Of a stretch of 64,000 nt of DNA, positions 26,869 through 39,980 are shown piece after piece. Within the stretch, counting starts at the first letter, position 1; every line of letters begins with the position of its first letter. Under the pieces are notes generated by a model. The model was not told the DNA's origin, made no database searches, and saw only the letters and a program-made list of their open reading frames with translations. The DNA comes from Anthoceros angustus. Lineage: Eukaryota > Plantae > Anthocerotophyta. The translations under genes and the position numbers were made by a program. The stretch covers positions 1 to 64,000 of the forward strand of contig VJWM01000144.1 of the NCBI GenBank assembly GCA_010909165.1, given 5' to 3'.

Positions 26869-29399
26869 TACCAACGTGGTGGTGGTTCGACGAATTTTGT
26901 AGAGATGGCGTTATAGAATGTTAACCCCTGAGCACTGGACGAACCATGACCGCTAACAACACTCGGGACTATCCAATCGAACATACGATGATTGCAAGGC
27001 ATACGATCTCTGGGCCAAGAACATGATATCGCTTTGATGCCAAGCAAACTTCAATTCTTGCTAGGTCATCGATGCGACTGGCGGGCATATGTTTGATTAC
27101 CTTCGATTTGCCGAGCGCCGATCCCGATCAACCGGAGCTGGATGCGCTCGTGCACCCCATCCACTAAGCCGGAGCTCCACCTCGGTGAAGGACCAAAAGA
27201 AAAAGTGAACAATTTGTCGTGACGAGATCGCGATCGGTCCCAAGCCATCCTTGTCGAGCTCGAGTTGAGAGCTGCTGAATCTTTAATGCTGCCCTTCAAA
27301 CCGTGTGCATTTGTCGTTGTCTTTGGAATGCGGCAGCCTATTAACTTTTGTTGCCAATGGTGTGGGACATGTGTGCAAGATCCGCGAGTTGAAAGAAGCG
27401 CGGTTTTATTAGCATGGCCACAAAAGGATGTCGTAACGTGGAATGCCCTTGGATCCGGTCTTGCAAAATGTGGTGAGTCAAACATCACGCCACGCTTTTG
27501 ACAAGGTGAGGCACAAGGATGTGGTGAAAGGGAATGCCTAAGGATCTAGCTCTTGTCGAGTAGGTTGCATATGCTTACGACGCTAAGGGAAGATGCTTAG
27601 GATGCTAAGGATGGATGATTAGGATGCTAAGGACACATGCTTAGGATGCTAAGGGAAGATGCTTAGGATGCTAAGGCGGTGGCTCCCTCCCACAAAGCCA
27701 ACATTATCCGAACCAAATTGTAAAGTTTCAAACATGAAAGACAAATCAAAAAGTAGTTTGAGTTATTTGAGTAGTCGGAATACATTATATAATATTAAAA
27801 ATAAATTAGAGTGATTGAAGAAATTCTTTGTCACTTTAAATAATTTTCAATAATAAATCATGATTAATGATCCTTGATTATTTAATTATAGTTTGAATTT
27901 TGAAACCCGACATGCTCACATGTCCTAGTGCCATAGGGTGACATGAGTATGCAAAAGAGTGTGTCATAAGGTGCAGCAACGCAAATAGTGTGTTACGGTG
28001 TGGTAGGGAGTGGCAGCCCATAAATAAATGAACCTGAATTAATTAGTATGGCTGGTGGTTCAAGGATCCCGGACCTAAAAATTCTTATCACGACTTCGAA
28101 AAAATAACGAACGGTCACACATTATGTAACATATTGGTGTGGGGAAGCGTTACATGAGTGTGATGAGGGGATCCGGTCTGGAGGCGAGGGCGGGAGGACT
28201 CGGAGGTGGTGCTTACGCTAAGGGAAGATGCTTAGGATGCTAAGGATGGATGATTAGGATGCTAAGGACACATGCTTAGGATGCTAAGGCGAGATAGCGA
28301 GGATGGTAAGGCGGTGGCTCCCTCCCACAAAGCCAACATTATCCGAACCAAATTGTAAAGTTTCAAACATGAAAGACAAATCAAAAAGTAGTTTGAGTTA
28401 TTTGAGTAGTCGGAATACATTATATAATATTAAAAATAAATTAGAGTGATTGAAGAAATTCTTTGTCACTTTAAATAATTTTCAATAATAAATCATGATT
28501 AATGATCCTTGATTATTTAATTATAGTTTGAATTTTGAAACCCGACATGCTCACATGTCCTAGTGCCATAGGGTGACATGAGTATGCAAAAGAGTGTGTC
28601 ATAAGGTGCAGCAACGCAAATAGTGTGTTACAGGTGTGGTAGGGAGTGGCAGCCCATAAATAAATGAACCTGAATTAATTAGTATGGCTGGTGGTTCAAG
28701 GATCCCGGACCTAAAAATCTTATCACGACTTGAAAAAACAACGAACGGTCACACATTATGTAACATATTGGTGTGGGAAGCGTTACATGAGTGTGATGAG
28801 GGATCCGGTCTTGCAAAATGTGGTGAAAGGGAATGCCTAAGGATCTAGCTCTTGTCGGAGTAGGTTGCATATGCTTACGCAAGGGCATCATTTTCTACAA
28901 GATGGTCCAAAAGTGTTAGAATACTATGTTACAACATCCCCCGCCTTCCTAAAATTGCAATCTCCGATAAGTCGTGCTTTGTTTTGGTAATTTTAATCTC
29001 ACCTATATATGTGGGTATTGTGTTAGTGTAAAATCAAACCTTTGTGCCCAACCCTGGAAACTTCATGAGTTGTTGTACATAGGACTTTTCAGATCGCTCA
29101 ATCTCAACAAGTCCTCCTTTGTTTCGTCAATTTTAGTCTCGGGCTATATATGTAGGGTTTCGACGTCCAATATCATTGAACTGTTGAGTTCCAAGTTGCA
29201 GCAAAATCTACAATTTGTTGCACATAGGACTTTTCAGATCGTTCAATCTCAACAAGTCCTCCTTTGTTTCGTCAATTTTAGTCTCGGGCTATATATGTAG
29301 GGTTTCGACGTCCAATATCATTGAACTGTTGAGTTCCAAGTTGCAGCAAAATCTACAATTTGTTGTGCACTTGCTTGGGAACTTGGTGCGAGCGAGATT

Positions 29400-30400
29400 A
29401 TGGCGCATCGGTGATGCTACGGCTCATTGCTTTGGACCCAAGTCGCAGCGATGGGGCCCCGATATGGACGCAACATTGTGGGAGAACCTCCACGACGCGT
29501 TGTGGGCGTGTTGTCCTCTCGCCGTTGGCAAGCGTTTCGCTTGAGCATGCGTGCACGGTGGTACACGTACATGAGGTCGCCTCTTTTCTTGGAGGAGCAT
29601 TCGCAAAATTTGATGATCGGGATGTGGAGCCAGTCCCGCTACGGTGTGCGTTGTGGGCGCGCCCGTTGAAGAGAGGCCTAGGAGCTCAAGGGCCGTCGGA
29701 GATGGATTTGTCCTTCCTTCCACGGAGGTATTGCGATTTGTTTTGGCGCTGCGATCGAGCTTGAGGCGGAGTGCCTTGTGGGGTCCCGACACCACGTTCG
29801 CAGCCACGGTGGCTACATTGTTGTCGCCGAGACAGTCCGCGGATGGGGAGGATCCCATGGTACCACCGACTCTTGCATTTTCAATCCATGACCAAGACGA
29901 TGTGGAGCCAGTCCCGCTACGGTGTGGTAGGGAGTGGCAGCCGGCGGGTTGGCAGCCCGACCGGGTGTGCAAGTAGTAGCCGCGCGGACGGCGGTTCAAG
30001 GTGTTTGTACTTCACCACGTTAGTGGCGGTGAAGTTCGAGCCTCCATGTACCGGTCGGCCGAGCGATACCATCCGGTGGACGCGACTTCAACTCGTCGCG
30101 TGTGGACTTTGAGCTTACGGGCAGCCGGCGGGTTCAAGGATCCGGACCAAATCCTATGCACCGACAACACCATTTACGAGGTGGATCGTTGTGGAAGGCT
30201 CTCGGCTTATTACCTAGATGTCGCGCTGAAGGCGCGCAGTTCGTCCATGCAAATGTGCTCATCAATGATGACACTCGAGGAGTCCGGTGTCATTCAAGTG
30301 GTTTAATAGTCGCTCGCGTAAGGGCCGTGCGGTTGTGTGAGCACCGTGGAACTCTCTACCTCGTTCACACCATTAACGGGCTTGAGATCCGGAAGCGGGA
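29400..30400 (+). pseudogene. F-box gene copy, truncated 3'
   Basis: From the ATG at 29400 to gatccggaagcgg, then switches to upstream sequence ggaggactcgg. Confidence 0.8.
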
Positions 30401-30832
30401 GGACTCGGAGGTGGTGCGTTACGCAAGGGCATCATTTTCTGTTACAAGATGGTCCAAAAGTGTTAGAATACTATGTTACAACATCCCCCGCCTTCCTAAA
30501 ATTGCAATCTCCGATAAGTCGTGCTTTGTTTTGGTAATTTTAATCTCACCTATATATGTGGGTATTGTGTTAGTGTAAAATCAAACCTTTGTGCCCAACC
30601 CTGGAAACTTCATGAGTTGTTGTACATAGGACTTTTCAGATCGCTCAATCTCAACAAGTCCTCCTTTGTTTCGTCAATCTCAACAAGTCCTCCTTTGTTT
30701 CGTCAATTTTAGTCTCGTGCTATATATGTAGGGTTTCGTATCGTCCAATATCATTGAACCGTTGAGTTCCAAGTTGCAGCAAAATCTACAATTTGTTGTG
30801 CACTTGCTTGGGAACTTGGTGCGAGCGAGATT

Positions 30833-32960
30833 ATGGCGCATCGTGATGCTACGGCTCATTGCTTTGGACCCAAGTCGCAGCGATGGGGCCCCGATATGGA
30901 CGCAACATTGTGGGAGAACCTCCACGACGCGTTGTGGGCGGTGTTGTCCTCTCGCCGTTGGCAAGCGTTTCGCTTGAGCATGCGTGCACGGTGGTACACG
31001 TACATGAGGTCGCCTCTTTTCTTGGAGGAGCATTCGCAAAATTTGATGATCGGGATGTGGAGCCAGTCCCGCTACGGTGTGCGTTGTGGAGCGCGCCCGT
31101 TGAAGAGAGGCCTAGGAGCTCAAGGGCCGGAGATGGATTTGTCCTTCCTTCCACGGAGGTATTGCGATTTGTTTTGGCGCTGCGATCGAGCTTGAGGCGG
31201 AGTGCCTTGTGGGGTCCCGACACCACGTTCGCAGCAGCCACAGGTGACGGCTACATTGTTGTCGCTGAGACAGGTCCGCGGGATGGGGAGGATCCCATGG
31301 TACCACCGGACTCTTGCATTTTCAATCCATGACCAAGACGTCTGAGCCGGCCGGGTTGGCAGCCGGCGGGTTGGCAGCCCGACCGGGTGTGCAAGTAGTA
31401 GCCGCGCGGACGGCGGTTCAAGGTGTTTGTACTTCACCACGTTAGTGGCGGTGAAGTTCGAGCCTCCATGTACCGGTCGGCCGAGCGATACCATCCGGTG
31501 GACGCGACTTCAACTCGTCGCGTGTGGACTTTGAGCTTACGGGCAGCCGGCGGGTTCAAGGATCCGGACCAAATCCTATGCGACAACACCATTTACGAGG
31601 TGGATCGTTGTGGAAGGCTCTCGGCTTATTACCTAGATGTCGCTGAAGGCGCGCAGTTCGTCCATGCAAATGTGCTCATCAATGATGACACTCGAGGAGT
31701 CCGGTGTCATTCAAGTGGTTTAATAGTCGCTCGCGTAAGGGCCGTGCGGTTGTGTGAGCACCGTGGAACTCTCTACCTCGTTCACACCATTAACGGGCTT
31801 GAGATCCGGAAGCGGACAGAGCCTGGATCGATCCCAAGCCATCCTTGTCGAGTAGGTTGCATATGCTTACGACGCTAAGGGAAGATGCTTAGGATGCTAA
31901 GGCGGACGCGACTTCAACTCGTCGCGTGTGGACTTTGAGCTTACGGGCAGCCGGCGGGTTCAAGGATCCGGACCAAATCCTATGCGACAACACCATTTAC
32001 GAGGTGGATCGTTGTGGAAGGCTCTCGGCTTATTACCTAGATGTCGCTGAAGGCGCGCAGTTCGTCCATGCAAATGTGCTCATCAATGATGACACTCGAG
32101 GAGTCCGGTGTCATTCAAGTGGTTTAATAGTCGCTCGCGTAAGGGCCGTGCGGTTGTGTGAGCACCGTGGAACTCTCTACCTCGTTCACACCATTAACGG
32201 GGCTTGAGATCCGGAAGCGGACAGAGCCTGGATCGGTCTTGCAAAATGTGGTGAGTCAAACATCACGCTCGTTTTGACAAGCCGAGCGATACCATCCGGT
32301 GGACGCGACTTCAACTCGTCGCGTGTGGACTTTGAGCTTACGGGCAGCCGGCGGGTTCAAGGATCCGGACCAAATCCTATGCGACAACACCATTTACGAG
32401 GTGGATCGTTGTGGAAGGCTCTCGGCTTATTACCTAGATGTCGCTGAAGGCGCGCAGTTCGTCCATGCAAAATGTGCTCATCAATGATGACACTCGAGGA
32501 GTCCGGTGTCATTCAAGTGGTTTAATAGTCGCTCGCGTAAGGGCCGTGCGGTTGTGTGAGCACCGTGGAACTCTCTACCTCGTTCACACCATTAACGGGG
32601 CTTGAGATCCGGAAGCGGACAGAGCCTGGATCGATCCCAAGCCATCCTTGTCGAGTAGGTTGCATATGCTTACGATGCTAAGGCGAGCGATACCATCCGG
32701 TGGTCAAACCGCTGGACATTGAGGGGTGAAAGTGGTGGGTGACATGATGTGCATACGAATTAAGGTGAGGCACCTCCGGTGGACGAAGCCCGCAAGCCAA
32801 ACCTAGTGATGAGTCGGGATTTGTTGGGGTACCACGAGAAGAAGAGTGGCTTTGCTTTCACGTTGTGGAAGGCTTTTGGATCTCGAGGAAAGTGACATCT
32901 TGGGCAAGAAGCGATCGCCAACCAGCCTTTGTCTTTGAATTTCGACCTCGTCGACTTTGA
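30833..32960 (+). pseudogene. F-box gene copy with triplicated central ~330-bp segment
   Basis: The segment encoding DATSTRRVWTLSLRAAGGFKDPDQILCDNTIYEVDRCGRLSAYYLDV occurs at ~31500, ~31905 and ~32299. Stop at 32960. Confidence 0.8.
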
Positions 32961-35109
32961 ATAAGAGTACTAGTGGATGTATGTACATACATATATGCGA
33001 TGTTCAAGTGTTGTGAACTTCTCTCCAACATCCATTAGGTTGTCTTAGTCCAATTCCTCTATGAAATTCTTGGTTTAATATCAAATTGTGCCAAAGTCCA
33101 CAACAAAAGCTCTTAATAATATGTCCAACCTACGGACTACAGCACTATAGGTTGTAATACATTATACATATATAAAATACCAGCGTGATCAATGTTGTGT
33201 CACCGAATTTTGTAGGGATGGCGTTATAGAATGTTAATTATAACCCGTGAGCACTAGGCGAACCATGATCGCTCACAACACTCACTCTATCCGATCGAAC
33301 ATACGATGAAATCTTGCAAGGCACACGATCTCACAGTGCAGTGTAATACATTACATCCATATATATATATGTAAACTACCAACGTGGTGGTGGTTCGAAT
33401 TTTGTAGAGATGGCGTTATAGAATGTTAATTATAACCCGTGAGCACTAGGCGAACCATGACCGCTAACAACACTCACTCTATCCGATCGAACATACGATG
33501 ATTGCAAGGCATACGATCTCGTGGGCCAAGAACATGATATCGCTTTGATGCCAAGCAAACTTCAATTCTTGCTAGGTCATCGATGCGACTGGCGGGCATA
33601 TGTTTGATTACCTTCGATTTGCCGAGCGGCCGATCACGATCAACCGGAGCTGGATGCGCTCGTGCACCCCATCCACTAAGCCGGAGCTCCACCTCGGTGA
33701 AGGACCAAAAGAAAAAGTGAACAATTTGTCGTGACGAGATCGCGATCGGTCCCAAGCCATCCTTGTCGAGCTCGAGTTGAGAGCTGCTGAATCTTTAATG
33801 CTGCCCTTCAAACCGTGTGCATTTGTCGTTGTCTTTGGAATGCGGCAGCCTATTAACTTTTGTTGCCAATGGTGTGGGACATGTGTGCAAGATCCGCGAG
33901 TTGAAAGAAGCGCGGTTTTATTAGCATGGCCACAAAAGGATGTCGTAACGTGGAATGCCCTTGGATCCGGTCTTGCAAAATGTGGTGAGTCAAACATCAC
34001 GCCACGTTTTGACAAGCCGAGGCACAAGGATGTGGTGAAAGGGAATGCCTAAGGATCTAGCTCTTGTCGAGTAGGTTGCATATGCTTACGACGCTAAGGG
34101 AAGATGCTTAGGATGCTAAGGATGGATGATTAGGATGCTAAGGACACATGCTTAGGATGCTAAGGCGAGATAGCGAGGATGGTAAGGCGGTGGCTCCCTC
34201 CCACAAAGCCAACATTATCCGAACCAAATTGTAAAGTTTCAAACATGAAAGACAAATCAAAAAGTAGTTTGAGTTATTTGAGTAGTCGGAATACATTATA
34301 TAATATTAAAAATAAATTAGAGTGATTGAAGAAATTCTTTGTCACTTTAAATAATTTTCAATAATAAATCATGATTAATGATCCTTGATTATTTAATTAT
34401 AGTTTGAATTTTGAAACCCGACATGCTCACATGTCCTAGTGCCATAGGGTGACATGAGTATGCAAAAGAGTGTGTCATAAGGTGCAGCAACGCAAATAGT
34501 GTGTTACAGGTGTGGTAGGGAGTGGCAGCCCATAAATAAATGAACTGAATTAATTAGTATGGCTGGTGGTTCAAGGATCCGGACCTAAAAATCTTATCAC
34601 GACTTGAAAAACAACGACGGTCACACATTATGTAACATATTGGTGTGGGGAAGCGTTACATGAGTGTGATGAGGGGATCCGGTCTGGAGGCGTAGGGCGG
34701 GGAGGACTCCGGAGGTGGTGCGTTACGCAAGGGCATCATTTTCTGTTACAAGATGGTCCAAAAGTGTTAGAATACTATGTTACAACATCCCCCCGCCTTC
34801 CTAAAATTGCAATCTCCGATAAGTCGTGCTTTGTTTCGGTAATTTTAATCTCAGCCTATATATGTGGGGTATTGTGTTAGTGTAAAATCAAACCTTTGTG
34901 CCCAACCCGCTGGAAACTTCAGCTGAGTTGTTATACATAGGACTTTTCGTATCGTTCAATCTCAACAAGTCCTCCTTTGTTTCGTCAATTTCAGTCTCAG
35001 GCTATATATGTAGGGTTTCGACGTCAATATCATTGAACCGTTGAGTTCCAAGTTGCAAAATCTACAATTTGTTGTGCACTTGCTTGGGAACTTGGTGCAG
35101 AGCGAGATT

Positions 35110-36541
35110 ATGGCGCATCGGTGATGCTACGGCTCATTGCTTTGGACCCAAGTCGCAGCGATGGGGGCCCCGATATGGACGCAACATTGTGGGAGAACCT
35201 CCACGACGCCAGGGCGGTGTTGTCCTCTCGCCGTTGGCAAGCGCGTTTCGCCGAGCATGCGTGCAGACGGTGGTACACGTACATGAGGTCGCCTCTTTTC
35301 TTGGAGGAGCATTCTGCAAAATTTGATGATCAGGATGTGGAGCCAGGTCCTGCTACGGTGTGCGTTGTGGAGCGCGCCCCGTTGAAGAGAGGCCTAGGAG
35401 CTCAAGGGCCGTCGGAGATGGATTTGTCCTTCCTTCCACGGAGGTATTGCGATTTGTTTTGGCGCTGCGATCTGAGCTTGAGGCGGAGTGCCTTGTGGGG
35501 TCCCGACACCACGTTCGCAGCAGCCACGGTGACGGCTACATTGTTGTCGCCGAGACAGTCCGCGGATGGGAGGATCCCATGGTACCACCGGACTCTTGCA
35601 TTTTCAATCCAGTGACCAAGACGCATGAGGTCGCCTCTTTTCTTGGAGGAGCATTCGCAAAATTTGATGATCGGGATGTGGAGCCAGTCCCGCTACGGTG
35701 TGCGTTGTGGAGCCAGTCCCGCTACGGTGTGCGTTGTGGAGCCGGCGGGTTCAAGGTGTTTGTACTTCACCACGTTAGTGGCGGTGAAGTTCGAGCCTCC
35801 ATGTACCGGCCGAGCGGATGGAGCGGACGCGACTTCAACTCGTCGCGTGTGGACTTTGAGCTTACGGCAGCCGGCAGGAGCCACTAGACCAAATCCTATG
35901 CATTGACAACACCATTTACAAGGTGGATTGTTGTGGAAGGCTTTCGGCTTATTACCTGGATGTCGCGCCTGAAGGCGCGTAGGTCGTCCATGCGAATGTG
36001 CTCATCAATGATGACACTTGAGGGAGTCCGGTGTCTTTCAAGTGGTTTAATAGTCGCTCGCATAAGGACCGTGCATGGTTGTGTGAGCATCGTGGAACTC
36101 TACCTCGTTCACACCATTAACGGGCTTGAGATCCGGCGAGTTGAAAGAAGCGGTTTTATTAGCATGGCCACAAAAGGATGTCGAACGTGGAATGCCCTTG
36201 GATCCGGTCTTGCAAATGTGGTGAGTCAAACATCACGCCACGTTTTGACAAGCCGAGCGATACCATCCGGTGGTCAAACCTGGACATTGAGGGGTGAAAG
36301 TGGTGGGTGACATGATGTGCATACGAATTAAGGTGAGGCACCTCCGGTGGGACATGTGCAAGATCGCGATCGATCCCAAGCCAAACCTAGTGATGAGTCG
36401 GGATTTGTTGGGGTACCACGAGAAGAAGAGTGGCTTTGCTTTCACGTTGTGGAAGGCTTTTGGATCTCGAGGAAAGTGACATCTTGGGCAAGAAGCGATC
36501 GCCAACCAGCCTTTGTCTTTGAATTTCGACCTCGACTTTGA
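35110..36541 (+). pseudogene. F-box protein gene copy, frameshifted, with a more diverged central part (~35880-36120)
   Basis: N-terminal ORF 35121-35615 and terminal ...FEFRPRL* at 36541. The central part has many substitutions relative to other copies (e.g. ggattgttgtggaaggctttcgg). Confidence 0.8.
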
Positions 36542-38385
36542 ATAAGAGTACTAGTGGATGTATGTACATACATATATGCGATGTTCAAGTGTTGTGAACT
36601 TCTCTCCAACATCCATTAGGTTGTCTTAGTCCAATTCCTCTATGAAATTCTTGGTTTAATATCAAATTGTGCCAAAGTCCACAACAAAAGCTCTTAATAA
36701 TATGTCCAACCTACGGACTACAGCACTATAGGTTGTAATACATTATACATATATAAAATACCAGCGTGATCAATGTTGTGTCACCGAATTTTGTAGGGAT
36801 GGCGTTATAGAATGTTAATTATAACCCGTGAGCACTAGACGAACCATGATCGCTCACAACACTCACTCTATCCGATCGAACATACGATGAAATCTTGCAA
36901 GGCACACGATCTCACAGTGCTGTAATACATTACATCCATATATATATAAACTACCAACGTGGTGGTGGTTCGAATTTTGTAGAGATGGCGTTATAGAATG
37001 TTAATTATAACCCGTGAGCACTAGACGAACCATGACCGCTAACAACACTCAAGACTATCCAATCGAACATACGATGATTGCAAGGCATACGATCTCATTG
37101 GGCCAAGAACATGATATCGTTTGATGCCAAGCAAACTTCAATTCTTGCTAGGTCATCGATGCGACTGGCGGGCATATGTTTGATTACCTTCGATTTGCCG
37201 AGCGCCGATCCGATCAACCGGAGCTGGATGCAGCTCGTGCACCCCATCCACTAAGCCGGAGCTCCACCTCGGTGAAGGACCAAAAGAAAAAGTGAACAAT
37301 TTGTCGTGACGAGATCGCGATCGGTCCCAAGCCATCCTTGTCGAGCTACCGAGTTGAGAGCTGCTGAATCTTTAATGCTGCCCTTCAAACCGTGTGCATT
37401 TGTCGTTGTCTTTGGAATGCGGCAGCCTATTAACTTTTGTTGCCAATGGTGTGGGACATGTGTGCAAGATCCGCGAGTTGAAAGAAGCGCGGTTTTATTA
37501 GCATGGCCACAAAAGGATGTCGTAACGTGGAATGCCCTTGGATCCGGTCTTGCAAAATGTGGTGAGTCAAACATCACGCCACGTTTTGACAAGTGAGGCA
37601 CAAGGATGTGGTGAAAGGGAATGCCTAAGGATCTAGCTCTTGTCGGAGTAGGTTGCATATGCTTACGACGCTAAGGGAAGATGCTTAGGATGCTAAGGAT
37701 GGATGATTAGGATGCTAAGGACACATGCTTAGGATGCTAAGGGAAGATGCTTAGGATGCTAAGGGCGGTGGCTCCCTCCCACAAAGCCAACATTATCCGA
37801 ACCAAATTGTAAAGTTTCAAACATGAAAGACAAATCAAAAAGTAGTTTGAGTTATTTGAGTAGTCGAATACATTATATAATATTAAAAATAAATTAGAGT
37901 GATTGAAGAAATTCTTTGTCACTTTAAATAATTTTCAATAATAAATCATGATTAATGATCCTTGATTATTTAATTATAGTTTGAATTTTGAAACCCGACA
38001 TGCTCACATGTCCTAGTGCCATAGGGTGACATGAGTATGCAAAAGAGTGTGTCATAAGGTGCAGCAACGCCGCAAATAGTGTGTTACAGGGTGTGGTAGG
38101 GAGTGGCAGCCCATAAATAAATGAACCTGAATTAATTAGTATGGCTGGTGGTTCAAGGATCCCGGACCTAAAAATTCTTATCACGACTTCGAAAAAACAA
38201 CGAACGGTTACACATTATGTAACATATTGGTGTGGGGAAGCGTTACATGAGTGTGATGTGCTAGGCGTATGCTTATCTAGAATCTTTTTTCCCATATATT
38301 GGGTACATACCCCTTGGAAAAGAAGAGCCTGGAATGTGTAGGAATTTCGGAAGGTTGCGCGAAACTTGAAAGGGCAGCAGCAGGT

Positions 38386-38543
38386 TCCGGTGGTCAAACC
38401 GCTGGACATTGAGGGGTGAAAGTGGTGGGTGACATGATGTGCATACGAATTAAGGTGAGGCACAAGGATGTGGTGAAAGGGAATGCCTAAGGATCTAGCT
38501 CTTGTCGAGTAGGTTGCATATGCTTACGATGCTAAGGCGGTGG
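38386..38543 (+). repeat. Mosaic array-derived segment embedded in unique sequence upstream of MBF1c
   Basis: Unique sequence resumes at 38259. 38386-38543 is F-box 3' CDS joined at gtgaggcac to spacer and minisatellite, flanked by the direct repeat cggtgg (38388-38393, 38538-38543). Confidence 0.85.
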
Positions 38544-38661
38544 AAGTTGGATCTTGAAGACATTCAGGGTGCCGAGCCAGGGAGGAGAAGGGGACGAAGG
38601 ACGAGGGTTGGGAAGCGAAGGAATTCCTTTGGACAGGAAGGGGTTTATTCAGCGAGCAGGG

Positions 38662-39096
38662 ATGCCAAACAGGTCAAGCGGCCCTTTCGACCAAGACTGG
38701 ACGCCTGTGGTGGTGCACAAGAGAGGGGCCAAGGCGTCGGACTCGCGTGACCCTAAGGCGGTGAACGCGGCCATCAGGGCCGGTGCCGATGTCCTGACCA
38801 TCAAGAAGTTCGATGCCGGCACCAACAAGAAGGAGGCGTCCGTGTCCGTCAATGCTCGCAAGCTCGATGAAGAGACGGAGCCCGGGTCCCTGGAGAAGGT
38901 GCCCTCCGAGGTGCGCCACGCCATCCAGAAGGCCAGGATTGACAAGAAGCTGACGCAGGCGCAGCTAGCGCAGCAGATTAACGAGCAGCCTAAGGTGGTG
39001 CAGGAGTACGAGGCTGGGAAGGCGGTGCCGAATCAGCAGGTGCTGTCTAAGATGGAGCGCGTGCTGGGCGTGAAGCTCAGAGGGAAATTGAAGTGA
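38662..39096 (+). CDS. MBF1c: Multiprotein bridging factor 1c (transcriptional co-activator, HTH), 144 aa, intronless
   Basis: MPNRSSGPFDQDWTPVVVHK...DPKAVNAAIRAG...KKFDAGTNKK...KLDEETEP...IQKARIDKKLTQAQLAQQINEQPKVVQEYEAGKAVPNQQVLSKMERVLGVKLRGK. The N-terminus and lack of introns match the MBF1c type. Confidence 0.97.
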   Translation: MPNRSSGPFDQDWTPVVVHKRGAKASDSRDPKAVNAAIRAGADVLTIKKFDAGTNKKEASVSVNARKLDEETEPGSLEKVPSEVRHAIQKARIDKKLTQAQLAQQINEQPKVVQEYEAGKAVPNQQVLSKMERVLGVKLRGKLK

Positions 39097-39790
39097 TTTA
39101 GGGTGAGTTGGTGAGTGAGACTGTGAGTGACTGGGTTGCTTTGATGAGGTGAGGGAAGGGGAGCCATGGAGCTCATGATTTTGGTTGGGTAGGATGTGCA
39201 GACCGGTGCGAACATGCAGGCATGATGCAGTATCCTGCTCCATCGTTTGTGGAGTTGTAGCTGGCCTGGGGCTTTTGGTGGCTGGAGCCTGTGGTCTTCT
39301 CAGTTGTTGTCCCTAGGGTTTCCATCTCCAGAGAGATAGGGAGGAGGGTTTAGCTTATTCATTTGTCCACTTTGTGCTGGGTTTGTGCTCACCTTGTGAG
39401 TCAGGGAAGTCCAATCTCAGAACCGCGTGAGACGAGACCTTGTTGCCTTCGCCATTTGTAAATCTCTTGTACAAGCTTTTTTAGCTTTTAGTTGAGAATT
39501 ATGTGTTCTTGACAGTTATGGATATTGTCGTGGGAAGTTGGAAAAGATGGAAAAATCTCTTCATATTACATCTAGTTTATACTGAACACTCTAAAACAGA
39601 TTTGCAGTTGCCCTTTCCGGACATCTCTGCATATTCGATTTACATATAAATGTATAAAAAAAGTTAGCTTCCTGTCAGAATGCTCTTTTGAATCTTTACG
39701 TAGGTCCTAGCCAAAGAATAATAAGGAGCGCAGGCAGACATATCGATGATGACTCATCGGTAGATGATAGATAGTCGAAACTAGCTGGAC

Positions 39791-39920
39791 CTACCACTGC
39801 TGCTAGAAGGTAGCTATGTAATAGTCGTGGGACAGTCTATGTCTCCGGTACCCACCGCTGCTGCTAGGAGGTAGCTATGTAGTAGTCGCAGGCAGTGTAT
39901 GACTCCGGTACTCACCGCTG
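39791..39920. repeat. 60-bp tandem repeat, ~2.2 copies, downstream of the MOT gene
   Basis: c(t/c)acc(a/gc)ctgctgctag(a/g)aggtagctatgta...ctccggta at 39791, 39851 and partially at 39911. Confidence 0.8.
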
Positions 39921-39980
39921 TATGCTTACTGGTCATTGTGTTGAAGACAATGGGGAGAACTTGGTCTGAAACGTTCCACA

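Larger units (their letters stand above)
6590..38258 (+). repeat. Tandem array of a ~3.5-kb F-box-containing unit, extensively scrambled
   Basis: The anchor gtaggttgcatatgcttacg brackets near-complete units at 15339->18797 (3458 bp), 24059->27560 (3501 bp) and 34071->37648 (3577 bp). Unit order: minisatellite, AT-rich upstream block, F-box CDS, 3' region, duplicated ~205-bp block, spacer. Confidence 0.95.

Noticed and set aside
38330-38375. Canonical heat shock elements upstream of MBF1c
   Set aside because: GAA/TTC spacing is off by one or mismatched; only imperfect matches, so not listed as a feature.
38554-38661. 36-aa N-terminal extension of MBF1c in the ORF track
   Set aside because: It starts at TTG; homologs begin at MP(S/N)R, matching the ATG at 38662.
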